Below, piece after piece: positions 48,146 through 57,556 of a stretch of 64,000 nucleotides of DNA. The translations under genes and the position numbers were made by a program. Every line of letters begins with the position of its first letter. Positions within the stretch are counted from its first letter, which is position 1. The DNA comes from Chlorobiota bacterium (GTDB taxonomy: Bacteria; Bacteroidota; Ignavibacteria; Kapaibacteriales; UBA2268), in assembly GCA_041596515.1 (NCBI GenBank), contig JBFHIJ010000012.1:13078-77077 (forward strand). The letters run 5' to 3'. Below the pieces are notes generated by a model that was not told the DNA's origin, ran no database searches, and saw nothing but the letters and a program-made list of their open reading frames with translations.

Positions 48146-49234
48146 CTATTCAATGGAAGAGTTATACTCTTGCAAGAGCTTTAATATCTCTTGCATGTCT
48201 TTAGGTAAATCCGAATTGAAACGCATAAATTCTTTAGTGTGCGGGTGCTCAAAGCCTAAAGATTTTGCATGAAGCATCTGCCGATTGGTCATCGATAAGC
48301 ACTTTTCAGCTAAAGCTTTTTGGTGTGGCAGGGAAGATGCAGTAACGACTTTATCGCCACCATACCAAGCATCACCCATCAGAGGATGTTTAATGTGGCT
48401 CATGTGTACCCTGATTTGGTGAGTTCTGCCTGTTTTAAGTTTTAACTGCAAATGAGAGGCAAAAGGGAATTGATTCAAGACTTTATATGAAGTATAAGCA
48501 TACTTTCCGTCTCCTCTAATCGGAACACAGAAGTTTTTCCTGTCTCTTGTAGATCTTGCTAAAGGAGCTTCTACAAACCCTTCTATTTCCTTAAATTTTC
48601 CCCATGCTATAGCTTCATAAATCCTTTCACTTGTTTTATTTGCAAACTGCTCAGCAAGTTTTGCATGAGTAAAAGAGTCTTTAGCTATCACAAGTAAACC
48701 TGTAGTATCTTTGTCAATACGATGCACCAAGCCGGGTCTTACTTCATCCATTGAAAAAATAGAACCTTCGCTGTTTTCATTATCAGATTCTTCCTCATCA
48801 AAATCTACAGCAATATTATCTCTGATTCCAAAATGAAATAGCAGAGCATTTATTAGTGTGCCTACTCTATGACCAAGAGCCGGATGACAAACCATATTTG
48901 CAGGTTTGTTTATAACTATTAAATATTCATCCTCATAAACAACATCTAAAGGTATATTTTCAGGAACAAGCTCTATAGGAGGAGCCTTCATGATGATGCA
49001 TTTAATTTTGTCAAAAGGTTTGAGTTTTCTACTTGCTTTCGCCACCAGTCCATTGATGAAAACCTGGTCACTGTCAATTGCATTTTGCACTTTATTGCGG
49101 GTAGCATTTAGAATTTGCTGGGATAAAAATTTATCTATTCGTATAGGTTTTTGATTCTTGGGTACGTCAAATTCATAAACATACTCGACAGGAGTCGGAT
49201 AATTCGGGTCATAAAGTTTTTCTTGTTCGCACAT
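48146..49234 (-). CDS. rluD: RluA-family 23S rRNA pseudouridine synthase (RluD-like)
   Basis: N-terminal S4-like region RIDKFLSQQI. Catalytic motif GLVHRIDKDTTGLLVIAK. C-terminal GRTHQIRVHMSHIKHPLMGD. Confidence 0.85.
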   Translation of the reverse strand: MCEQEKLYDPNYPTPVEYVYEFDVPKNQKPIRIDKFLSQQILNATRNKVQNAIDSDQVFINGLVAKASRKLKPFDKIKCIIMKAPPIELVPENIPLDVVYEDEYLIVINKPANMVCHPALGHRVGTLINALLFHFGIRDNIAVDFDEEESDNENSEGSIFSMDEVRPGLVHRIDKDTTGLLVIAKDSFTHAKLAEQFANKTSERIYEAIAWGKFKEIEGFVEAPLARSTRDRKNFCVPIRGDGKYAYTSYKVLNQFPFASHLQLKLKTGRTHQIRVHMSHIKHPLMGDAWYGGDKVVTASSLPHQKALAEKCLSMTNRQMLHAKSLGFEHPHTKEFMRFNSDLPKDMQEILKLLQEYNSSIE

Positions 49235-49854
49235 TACCTTACTTCCTCTTCAGTTATTTCCTTATGCTCTTTAGGAGGACGAATTGTGCTAAGGCTTGGT
49301 AAGTAATTATGTACAAAAAGCAAAATCACAACACCAACAGATACACAAGAGTCAGCAATATTAAAAACAGGCCAGTGGGAATAGTATAATCCAAATATAT
49401 TAAAGTCAGGAATATCAACTTGAATAAAGTCAACTACTTTGCCATAGAAAAGAGGCATTTCACCATAGAAGACGCCATAAAAAACTCTATCTATCAGATT
49501 GCCTACAGCTCCTGCAAAAATCAAGGCAATGCCAAACTTAACGGCACGATTTGCAAAATGTATTTTAGATAGATACCAACCAAGCCCTGTGGCTGCAATA
49601 ATGGAAAACAAAGATAAAAATATTTTACCAGCTCCAAAAGAAATACCAAAAGCCATACCGGGATTTTCTATATATGTAAAATGAAGGAAATCACCAAGCA
49701 CAGAAATAGATTCACCATAATTAAAACCGTGGTGTGTATATCCAAATAAACTAAATCCTTTTACGAGGAGCTTAGTAATCTGATCTAAGAAAATAAAAGT
49801 AATTGCTAGGATAAAATAATTACGATTAGATTTATTATTCATATTATAGTGCAA
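49234..49854 (-). CDS. lspA: Lipoprotein signal peptidase (signal peptidase II)
   Basis: Four TM helices with motifs ENPGMAFG, GAVGNLIDR and PVFNIADS (catalytic Asp). Its TAA stop overlaps the rluD ATG (TAATG). Confidence 0.88.
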   Translation of the reverse strand: MHYNMNNKSNRNYFILAITFIFLDQITKLLVKGFSLFGYTHHGFNYGESISVLGDFLHFTYIENPGMAFGISFGAGKIFLSLFSIIAATGLGWYLSKIHFANRAVKFGIALIFAGAVGNLIDRVFYGVFYGEMPLFYGKVVDFIQVDIPDFNIFGLYYSHWPVFNIADSCVSVGVVILLFVHNYLPSLSTIRPPKEHKEITEEEVR

Positions 49855-49861
49855 AAATAAT

Positions 49862-49892
49862 AAAAAAATTGGGACTTCTATGAAGTCCCAAT
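49862..49892 (-). terminator. Rho-independent terminator between the DksA-like gene and lspA
   Basis: Perfect 10-bp stem TTGGGACTTC / GAAGTCCCAA with a 4-nt loop, followed by a T7 run on the minus strand. Confidence 0.85.
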
Positions 49893-49917
49893 TTAACTAA
49901 AAAAAGTCAAATATATT

Positions 49918-50565
49918 TTACTTTTTCAATGGCTCTATTCTATCTACTCCATCATCAGGGCATTTCTTATGAATTTTATAAGAAGCCGATAAAGTAGTTA
50001 TAGGCACTGCCATTAAGCGTGGTTTAGCAATAAGGCAACCACAAACTCGACAAATACCATAAGTTTTAAGTTCAATTCTTTCCAAAGCGTCATCAAGCTT
50101 TTTCAAATATTCATTAATTCTTTGTATTTGTGCATAAGTTTTTTCTTTCTCCATTGCTTCAGAGCCTTGCTCCGCCATGTGCATAGAGTAAATCATGGAT
50201 TCTTCCGCAAAGTCATAGCTATTAAGGTCGTCCAATCTTTCCCTGAGCATAGCAAGTTCGTCTACAGTTTCCTCTTTAGAGCGTAAGATTACATTTTTAA
50301 ATTCTTCAAGCTCTTCATCACTATATCTCAAACCTTTTTCAGGAGCAGTTCTTTGCTCCTTAGCTCTTTCTTCGGCATCAAGCATAGCCTTAGTTTTGAC
50401 TTTGTTTTTAGGGGCTGCGACTTGAATAGTAGTTACATCGTTATTTTCTTCCTGAGTAGCTTCTTTTTTAGGTCGCCCGCGTTTTTTCGAAACAGTATCT
50501 TCGTTTGTATCAGTGCTTTGTATATTTTCCTGATTCAAAACTTCATCTTTTTTCTTTCTAGGCAT
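49918..50565 (-). CDS. DksA/TraR-family zinc-finger protein with a long basic/acidic N-terminal extension
   Basis: The C-terminus YGICRVCGCLIAKPRLMAVPITTLS follows a DksA-like coiled coil (DELAMLRERLDD...AEQGSEAMEKEK). It lies between ileS and lspA, as in many FCB-group genomes. The N-terminal 90 aa or so are low complexity and contain KKRGRPKK. Confidence 0.75.
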   Translation of the reverse strand: MPRKKKDEVLNQENIQSTDTNEDTVSKKRGRPKKEATQEENNDVTTIQVAAPKNKVKTKAMLDAEERAKEQRTAPEKGLRYSDEELEEFKNVILRSKEETVDELAMLRERLDDLNSYDFAEESMIYSMHMAEQGSEAMEKEKTYAQIQRINEYLKKLDDALERIELKTYGICRVCGCLIAKPRLMAVPITTLSASYKIHKKCPDDGVDRIEPLKK

Positions 50566-50854
50566 ATTGCACCTCGCTTATAAATTCAAAACCGGGGTTT
50601 GTAAATGAAAACGCCAATATACTCATAATTGATGGAAAAAAACAAATAAATTTTCAAATATTTTTCACACATATCCAATTGGCTTTATTTTAAAGGCTTA
50701 CGAATAAGAGCGACTTTTGTTTTAATTATTGTTAAGATTATGAAACAAAAAATGTTTGGAAATATGGGGGAGCTGATTAGTCATATCAAACAAAAAATTT
50801 CAAAAATCATAAGCTCATTGTCTGAAATTTCTCATAGAAATCTATAACAACTAA

Positions 50855-50889
50855 AAAGCTGCCCTTAATATATAAGAGCAGCTTTTTTT
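50855..50889. terminator. Bidirectional hairpin terminator downstream of ileS
   Basis: Stem AAAGCTGCCCTT / AAGAGCAGCTTT with one mismatch or wobble. T-runs follow on both strands (TTTTTT on plus, TTTTT on minus). Confidence 0.75.
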
Positions 50890-50910
50890 CAATCTATATA
50901 AGCAGAATTT

Positions 50911-53900
50911 TTACTTAGCGATAGCGATGTTTACGATATCACCTAATATGTCAATTTCTTCGCCTGCTGTAGCAGCATCAAAGTCAATTGATTCTGCTAA
51001 TGTTTCATTTTTGATATATTCACTCATCTCTTCAATCGCTGTTTTGATAGCTTCCGGTGCATTGTACTTAACAGTAATGCGGTCAGTTACTTCAAAACCT
51101 GAGTTTTTACGCATATTCTGGATGCGGTTAACTACTTCGCGGGCTAAGCCTTCCTGCTCAAGCTCTTTTGTAAGCTGAGTGTCAAGTGCTACTGTTACGC
51201 CTTGCTCAGTGGCTACCAACCAGCCTTCGATTTCTTCTCCGGCTACGATAATATCTTCTAAAACAACATCTACACTCATGTCTTCTAGTTGAAGATTAAG
51301 CGTCTTACCTTGTTCCAAAGATACAATCTGTTCATTATTTAAAGTTGCAATCACATTTGCAACTTTTTGAGTAGACTTGCCGAATTTTTTACCCATTACT
51401 TTGAAGTTACCTTTAGCAGATCTTTGAACAATTGAAGCAGTGTCTTCACTTACAAATTCAACTGCTTTGATGTTAAGCTCTTCTTTGATAATATCTTCTA
51501 CTAACTGAATGTCACGTCTATCCTGAGGAGAAATCACGGGCACAAGAATTCTCTGCAATGGCTGGCGAGTTCTTATTTTAGCTTTTTCTCTAAGAGAGCG
51601 AGCCAAATATACTATTTTTTGAGCCATGTCCATTTTGCGTTCCAAATCAACATCAATGTCGCTATCTTCCACTTTAGGGAATTCACATAGATGTATAGAA
51701 ATTGGATCGTTTTCATAACGCAATCGTTGGTACAAATCATCAGATAAGAAAGGAGCACAAGCAGCCATCATTTTAGTGATGCTTAGTAACACTTCTCTCA
51801 GTGTTTGATATGCAGCAAGCTTGTCATTATCTATAGAGCCCTTCCAGAAACGTCTTCTGTTTCTACGAATATACCAGTTAGAAAGTTCATTGATAACAAA
51901 ATCCTGTATAGCTCTGTGAGCTTTAGTCAGCTCGTAAGTGTCCATTAGAGTAGTATACTCTTTAAGTAGTGAATTTGTACGCGAGAGTATCCATCTGTCT
52001 ATCTCAGGTCTGTCTTCTAATTTAATATTAGCTTCATTACCTGTAAAGCCATCAATGTTGGCATACAAAGTAAAGAATGCATAAGTGTTAGTAAGCGAAC
52101 GCATAAAATCAGAAATAACTGTTTTAGCAATATCACCAGGATTGAATTTAGTTGCTTTCCAAGGTGGATTATTCACGAACAAGTACCATCGAACTGCATC
52201 AGCACCATATTTCTCCATTACTTCAAATGGATCAATAGTGTTGCCTTTCGATTTTGACATCTTGACACCGAGTTTATCCAAGATAAGCTCGTTTACTACA
52301 ATATTTTTATAAGCAGGTTTGCCAAATAGGGCAGAAGCTATGCTATGAAGCGTGTAGAACCAGCCACGAGTCTGGTCAATGCCTTCAGCGATAAAGTCGC
52401 CCGGGAACTGCTTGTCGAATAATTCTTTATTTTCAAACGGATAGTGGAACTGTGCGAAAGGCATAGCACCTGAGTCAAACCACACGTCAATCACTTCATG
52501 GACGCGTCTGTATTTGTTACCGTTTTTCTCGAAAACTACATGATCAACAAATGGTCTATGTAAGTCAATTTCTTTTTTACATTCTTTGATTGGAACAAGA
52601 GAACCGTCTTCCATTTCATAAAGACCTTGGCTGAGCTCTTCGATAGATCCAATAGAGAATATATCAGAATCATCTTTTTCATTTACCCAGATAGGTAACG
52701 GGGTGCCCCAATATCTATCTCTGGAAAGTGACCATTCTTTTACTTCCTCAAGCCAGTTACCAAATCTGCCGGCACCAATTTCAGGTGGTTGCCAGTTGAT
52801 TTCATTTTTATTAAGGTCAATCATTGTGTCTTTATACTCAGGAGCTTTGATAAACCAAGACTCTCTTGCATAATACATGATTGGGTTACCTGTTCTCCAG
52901 CAGTGAGGGTAACTGTGGACATAGTCATTAGTAGAGCGATATATTTTATCGTTGTACTTCAACCAAATAACTACATCTTTATCAACGCCTTCTTCATCAT
53001 GGTCTTCGTAAGTGAAATTTTTGATTGCACGCCCGGCAAACTCTCCGCAGTCTTCAGTTAAGTGACCGTTTGGAGTTACAGGTTGCAAGAATGGCAAATT
53101 CCACTGACGAGACATTCTGTAATCATCTTCACCAAAAGCAGGAGCAAGGTGAACTATACCGGAACCGTCCGAAGTGGATACAAAGTCGCCGGCAATAATA
53201 GAAAGCGCATTTGGATGAGCTTCCATATCTATGTCACAGAAAGGTAAAATTTGATCATAGCGAGTGCCGATTAAATCTTTACCTTTAAATTCTTTTAGTA
53301 TTTCGTTTTCACCATCTAAAGCCTGCAGCCTTTCTTTAGCTAGGACTAATTCGTAAACCAAAGTTTCGTCGCTTTTCTTAACTTTGCGAGTATTGCGTAC
53401 GTGTACGTAGTCTATATCCTCACCGCAAGCCGCTGCCACGTTAGCAAAAAGAGTCCAAGGAGTAGTAGTCCAGATAAGAAGTCTTGCGTTTTCCAATCCT
53501 TCTACATTAGAAGAAAGAATTTTTGGCATGATGTAGCAGTTCGGGTCTTTTACATCTTTATATCCTAATGAAAGCTCGTGAGAGCTTAACGGAGTTTCGA
53601 TAGTAGGTGACTGAGGAACTACTTTAAAACCTTTATAAATAAGCCCTTTGTCAAAAAATGAATTCAGAGCCCACCAAACAGATTCTACATAATCATTAGT
53701 ACATGTGATGTAGGCTTCATCCATATTTACCCAGTAACCCATGCGGTGAGTAAGATATTTCCAGCCTTCATCCATTTCGATGTTTTTATAAACAAACTCT
53801 TTACATTTAGCATTAAATGCTTCTATGCCATAAGTTTCGATTTCTCTTTTATCTTTAAGTTTAAGCTCTTTTTCAACTGCGATTTCCACAGGCAAGCCGT

Positions 53901-54162
53901 GAGTGTCCCAGCCGGCTTGGCGGCGAACGTAGTATCCCTGAAGAGTTTTGTAACGGCAAACAGTGTCTTTGATAGTACGAGCCATCATGTGGTGAATGCC
54001 GGGACGACCGTTAACCGTTGGTGGACCTTCAAAGAAACTAAAGTGAGGTCTACCTTCTCTTAATTTTAAAGATTTTTCGAATATATCGTTTTCTTCCCAA
54101 AATTTAAGCATTTCATGCTCTAATTTTGAGTAAGACAAATTCTCTGGTAGTGGCTTAAACAT
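50911..54162 (-). CDS. ileS: Isoleucine--tRNA ligase (type 2)
   Basis: FFEGPPTVNGRPGIHHMMARTIKD (HIGH region), the KMSKS loop VKMSKSKGN, a CP1 editing domain and a long C-terminal extension. 1083 aa. Classic ileS-lspA linkage. Confidence 0.95.
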   Translation of the reverse strand: MFKPLPENLSYSKLEHEMLKFWEENDIFEKSLKLREGRPHFSFFEGPPTVNGRPGIHHMMARTIKDTVCRYKTLQGYYVRRQAGWDTHGLPVEIAVEKELKLKDKREIETYGIEAFNAKCKEFVYKNIEMDEGWKYLTHRMGYWVNMDEAYITCTNDYVESVWWALNSFFDKGLIYKGFKVVPQSPTIETPLSSHELSLGYKDVKDPNCYIMPKILSSNVEGLENARLLIWTTTPWTLFANVAAACGEDIDYVHVRNTRKVKKSDETLVYELVLAKERLQALDGENEILKEFKGKDLIGTRYDQILPFCDIDMEAHPNALSIIAGDFVSTSDGSGIVHLAPAFGEDDYRMSRQWNLPFLQPVTPNGHLTEDCGEFAGRAIKNFTYEDHDEEGVDKDVVIWLKYNDKIYRSTNDYVHSYPHCWRTGNPIMYYARESWFIKAPEYKDTMIDLNKNEINWQPPEIGAGRFGNWLEEVKEWSLSRDRYWGTPLPIWVNEKDDSDIFSIGSIEELSQGLYEMEDGSLVPIKECKKEIDLHRPFVDHVVFEKNGNKYRRVHEVIDVWFDSGAMPFAQFHYPFENKELFDKQFPGDFIAEGIDQTRGWFYTLHSIASALFGKPAYKNIVVNELILDKLGVKMSKSKGNTIDPFEVMEKYGADAVRWYLFVNNPPWKATKFNPGDIAKTVISDFMRSLTNTYAFFTLYANIDGFTGNEANIKLEDRPEIDRWILSRTNSLLKEYTTLMDTYELTKAHRAIQDFVINELSNWYIRRNRRRFWKGSIDNDKLAAYQTLREVLLSITKMMAACAPFLSDDLYQRLRYENDPISIHLCEFPKVEDSDIDVDLERKMDMAQKIVYLARSLREKAKIRTRQPLQRILVPVISPQDRRDIQLVEDIIKEELNIKAVEFVSEDTASIVQRSAKGNFKVMGKKFGKSTQKVANVIATLNNEQIVSLEQGKTLNLQLEDMSVDVVLEDIIVAGEEIEGWLVATEQGVTVALDTQLTKELEQEGLAREVVNRIQNMRKNSGFEVTDRITVKYNAPEAIKTAIEEMSEYIKNETLAESIDFDAATAGEEIDILGDIVNIAIAK

Positions 54163-54527
54163 AACTATCCATTTAAACTGTTACTTAAAATATACAAACA
54201 ACAATTATAAACTTTTTTACTCTTAATTTCAAATATTTTTGTTTAAGAAAAGCATTCTAATAAAATGGAATAGAGTATACATGCAATCGTGCTCGTAAAA
54301 CGTTTCTTCTAACAAGGCATAGTAAAAGTCTTATGTAAATAAATTACAAGTGCTATATAAAATAATAAATATACATTGCTTAAGTACCATTTAGATGCCA
54401 TATTTTCTTATTTGTGTAAAAGTAAAGAAGATTGCTGAAATAATCAGAAAATAAATAGTAGAATTTATAGTATCTATTTATATTTATTTTTCCAAATTTA
54501 TAGATGTACATATTATAGGTTTTAGGT

Positions 54528-56009
54528 ATGAAGTATTTCAGTAATCAAAAAGTTTACAAAAGTAGCTTAATGATACTTTTAATGTTAGTAGGTGTTCTGT
54601 TTAGTAACTCTTGCAGTGATGATGACACATCTGCTACTCCACCTTCAGGGACTATGGAGCTTACTGTCCTTTTTACAAGTGATGAGCATGGATGGATGGA
54701 GAATAATTGGAATAACTCCGGCGCACCCGGGTTAATGTCAATTTGGAAAGAGCAAGAAGGATATACGCCCCAAGGGAACTTTTTAATTATCAGTGGTGGC
54801 GATAACTTCATGGGGCAGTCCATTTCTACATTCTCTAAAGGAGAATCTATGATCGAAGTAATGAATGGCATGGGGTATGATGTAACCACTGTCGGTAATC
54901 ATGAATTCGATTTAGGGGTTGATGTGCTGAAGCAAAGAGCAGAACAGGCAAATTTCTCTTATCTTTCTTGCAATATCGTAGATAAAGCAACAGGAAAGAT
55001 TCCGGATTATATTACACCTTTCTTGATAAAAGAAATTGGTGGTGTGAAAATTGCAATTCTCGGGCTGACTACTGTAAGTACAAGCTACGAAGTGAGAAAG
55101 GAATATATTGAAAACTTCGAGTTCCTTGATTATACAGAAGCTTTGAACAAATGGGTTCCTGAAGTAAAAAGTGCCGGAGCTGAAATAATACTACTAAGCT
55201 GCCATATCCCCAGCGAAAAAGTCAAAGAGCTACGCCCACTGGCTGAAGAAATGGGAATTTCTTTTATGAGTGCAGGTCACAGCCATGTAACGTACAGCGA
55301 TGTTAGCAATAAATTAGCAATTGTCGAAGCAGGCTGTTTTTTGGATAAGTATGCTGTAGCAAAAATCAAATACGACAGATCTACAAACGAAGTAACTGAC
55401 GTATCTTTAGAAATTAAAGACAACGAAACTGAGAATTCCGTTGCTGAAATAGAGCAAATAGTTGCCAAATGGAAAGGCATAATGGATATTGAGCTCGGAA
55501 AAGAAATCGGATATACTGATACTGAAATTGGTAGATACTCTGCAGAGTTGCAAAACATGGTATGCGACTCATGGCTTGAGTACTTTCCTGATGCAGATAT
55601 ATCTGTGAGCAATATAGGCGGATTAAGATATGGCATACCTATGGGAGTAATTAAGAACTCCTCTGTCATGGATGTGATGCCGTTCGACAATGTTATTTAT
55701 GAGTTAGAATTAAAAGGAAGTTGGGTGGAGGACTGCCTTACTCCTGAGGATGCTATCTATGGTGGTGTCTATTTTGATGATGGATTGCATTTTATCAGTG
55801 GCAGAGAATTTCATCCTGATTCTACATACAAAGTACTTACAAGCAATTATATGTATACAAGCGATCTTTATAAATTCAATCAGTATGACACAAAGCCTTA
55901 TGATACAAGCATCAACTGGAGAATACCTTTAACCCAATGGATAGATAGTAAGAACACTGACCAGTCAAATCCTATAAATCAGTACTTAGATGCTCAAAGC
56001 AGAAGGTAG
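54528..56009 (+). CDS. Bifunctional metallophosphatase / 5'-nucleotidase (UshA-like), lipoprotein-like
   Basis: Signal/lipobox-like LFSNSCSDD. Metallophosphoesterase motifs FTSDEHG, GGDNFMG and GNHEFD. A C-terminal 5'-nucleotidase substrate domain (PFDNVIYELELKG). Confidence 0.85.
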   Translation: MKYFSNQKVYKSSLMILLMLVGVLFSNSCSDDDTSATPPSGTMELTVLFTSDEHGWMENNWNNSGAPGLMSIWKEQEGYTPQGNFLIISGGDNFMGQSISTFSKGESMIEVMNGMGYDVTTVGNHEFDLGVDVLKQRAEQANFSYLSCNIVDKATGKIPDYITPFLIKEIGGVKIAILGLTTVSTSYEVRKEYIENFEFLDYTEALNKWVPEVKSAGAEIILLSCHIPSEKVKELRPLAEEMGISFMSAGHSHVTYSDVSNKLAIVEAGCFLDKYAVAKIKYDRSTNEVTDVSLEIKDNETENSVAEIEQIVAKWKGIMDIELGKEIGYTDTEIGRYSAELQNMVCDSWLEYFPDADISVSNIGGLRYGIPMGVIKNSSVMDVMPFDNVIYELELKGSWVEDCLTPEDAIYGGVYFDDGLHFISGREFHPDSTYKVLTSNYMYTSDLYKFNQYDTKPYDTSINWRIPLTQWIDSKNTDQSNPINQYLDAQSRR

Positions 56010-56051
56010 TAAATAATTACTTAGAATAGAATAATTGCCTCAGTTTTTTTT

Positions 56052-56111
56052 GCCCTAATACAAACTTACATTTATTTGAATGTCTGCTTATATTAGGGCT
56101 TTATATTTTTA
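56052..56111 (+). terminator. Long hairpin plus T-rich tail after the 5'-nucleotidase gene
   Basis: Outer stem GCCCTAATA / TATTAGGGC and inner stem ACATT / AATGT, followed by TTTATATTTTT. Confidence 0.6.
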
Positions 56112-56446
56112 GCCTTAATGAACCTGCATAGCTCGTTACCCACTTTACGCACGGTTTGCTCAGTTTGCTTTCGGTTTCGAGTTCCTTGCCGATATAGGCA
56201 GTGCACTAGTCTTGAATATTTCTCGGTATTTATTTACCGAAAGGCTCATATTCGGATTTTTCTGTTTTGTCAGGGCTAATGGCATATCTGGTGGAGCCCA
56301 TACAATCTGAGTGCATCAAATGTTTCATGCAATTAGACACATGTCCCATGTCTGGCAAGCACTAACTCATGTTGCCAGACACGAATGGAAATCTAACTTT
56401 AATTTAGTTTTGATGCAAGCTAATGGAAAATACCAGAAAGACTTTG

Positions 56447-57337
56447 CTAAAATGCAAAATTAAGCATCTTATAAACTAATCTGGCAGTGGTAAGATTAGG
56501 ATGATGCAATCCTTCCATTGGAGCCAACTCTACTACATCAAACCCAATAATTTTTTTTCCTTGTTTTCTTATTTCTCTAAAAATATCTAAAGTTTCGCTA
56601 TATATGAAACCGTCGGGCTCAGGGGTTCCGGTTGCAGGCATAATAGACGGATCGAAGTAGTCCACATCAAACGTAACATATATTTCTTCTCCAAGGGTGT
56701 CTATAATGGCTTTCTGCCAGTTTTCACCATGCAATTTTCTTCTTATCTGTGAAGCATAAAAAGTATTAACCTTATTGCTTTTTATAAACACAGATTCCTC
56801 AATGCACTGAGCTCTAATTCCAACTTGAGTAATTTTATCGGGGTTCATAAATTCGGCAACTCTAGCCATTATGCAGGCGTGCGAGTACTTACTGTCATCA
56901 TAAGTGTCACGTAAGTCAGAATGAGCGTCAAAATGCAGGACAGACATATTAGGATATTTTTTAAAATGAGCAGCAATGGGAGCAGAAGAAATAGTATGCT
57001 CACCACCTAAAGTAACCACAAATTTATCCATATCTAAAAGGCTACTTACCTGATTTTCTAATAAATCAAGAGCCTCTTTATCTTGTTTCCCATCAAAATC
57101 TATAGGCTCTAAGCTAACTATTCCTTGTTCAAAAACAAGTTCCCTGTCAAATTCATCATCATAGAACTCAACCTGTGAGCTCGCTTTTATTATTTCCTGT
57201 GGTCCAAATGCAGTACCACCGCCGTATGACACGGTATGCTCGTAAGGAGCAGAAACAATCGCAATTTTAGATTTTTCGAGTGAAGAAAATTCTTCTTCAA
57301 TTGCTAAAAAATTTTGATATTCTTTTAAAATATTCAT
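56447..57337 (-). CDS. speB: Agmatinase (arginase/ureohydrolase family)
   Basis: Mn-binding motifs GGEHTIS, LHFDAHSDL and VTFDVDYFDP, plus GFDVVELAP. The length of 296 aa fits SpeB better than arginase, but specificity is inferred. Confidence 0.8.
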   Translation of the reverse strand: MNILKEYQNFLAIEEEFSSLEKSKIAIVSAPYEHTVSYGGGTAFGPQEIIKASSQVEFYDDEFDRELVFEQGIVSLEPIDFDGKQDKEALDLLENQVSSLLDMDKFVVTLGGEHTISSAPIAAHFKKYPNMSVLHFDAHSDLRDTYDDSKYSHACIMARVAEFMNPDKITQVGIRAQCIEESVFIKSNKVNTFYASQIRRKLHGENWQKAIIDTLGEEIYVTFDVDYFDPSIMPATGTPEPDGFIYSETLDIFREIRKQGKKIIGFDVVELAPMEGLHHPNLTTARLVYKMLNFAF

Positions 57338-57556
57338 TATTTTGACCTTTATTATTATAATTAAGATATTTTGTTATTTTTCTGTATATTTCATTGAAAG
57401 GCTTCACTCTTTCGAATTTAGATTCGCAATTTAAACAAAGGACTGATTAACAAACAGAAAAATTTCTAAAATCAGTTACGAATTACGTCAAATAAAAAAA
57501 CTTTACAAAACTGGTATGTTAATTGTTATAATAATTCTTAATAGCAAATTTATGAG

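Noticed and set aside
56150-56200. tRNA-like words: TGCTCAGTTTGC (D-loop-like) and GGTTTCGAGTTCC (T-loop-like).
   Set aside because: They are only about 4 nt apart, leaving no room for an anticodon arm. No acceptor-stem complementarity is present.
56118-56279. A 53-codon Cys/Arg-rich plus-strand ORF (MNLHSSLPTLRTVCSVCFRFRVPCRYRQC...).
   Set aside because: It has no Shine-Dalgarno motif, and its composition looks like a by-product of the locally GC-richer sequence. It is kept only as a note inside the spacer finding.
56289-56299. The minus strand reads GGGCTCCACCA, resembling the acceptor/CCA end of a tmRNA or tRNA.
   Set aside because: No T-arm (GGTTCGAnTCC-like) precedes it on the minus strand. 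A tmRNA body would have to run into the speB coding sequence. No tag-peptide reading frame or 5' GGGG... partner was seen.
56255-56360. The minus-strand translation ...MKHLMHSDCMGSTRYAIS... is faintly reminiscent of the HSDxGSxY motif of rve-type integrase cores.
   Set aside because: The match is interrupted and very short, stops flank it, and there are no inverted repeats, target duplications or other transposase remnants. This is insufficient to call a mobile-element relic.
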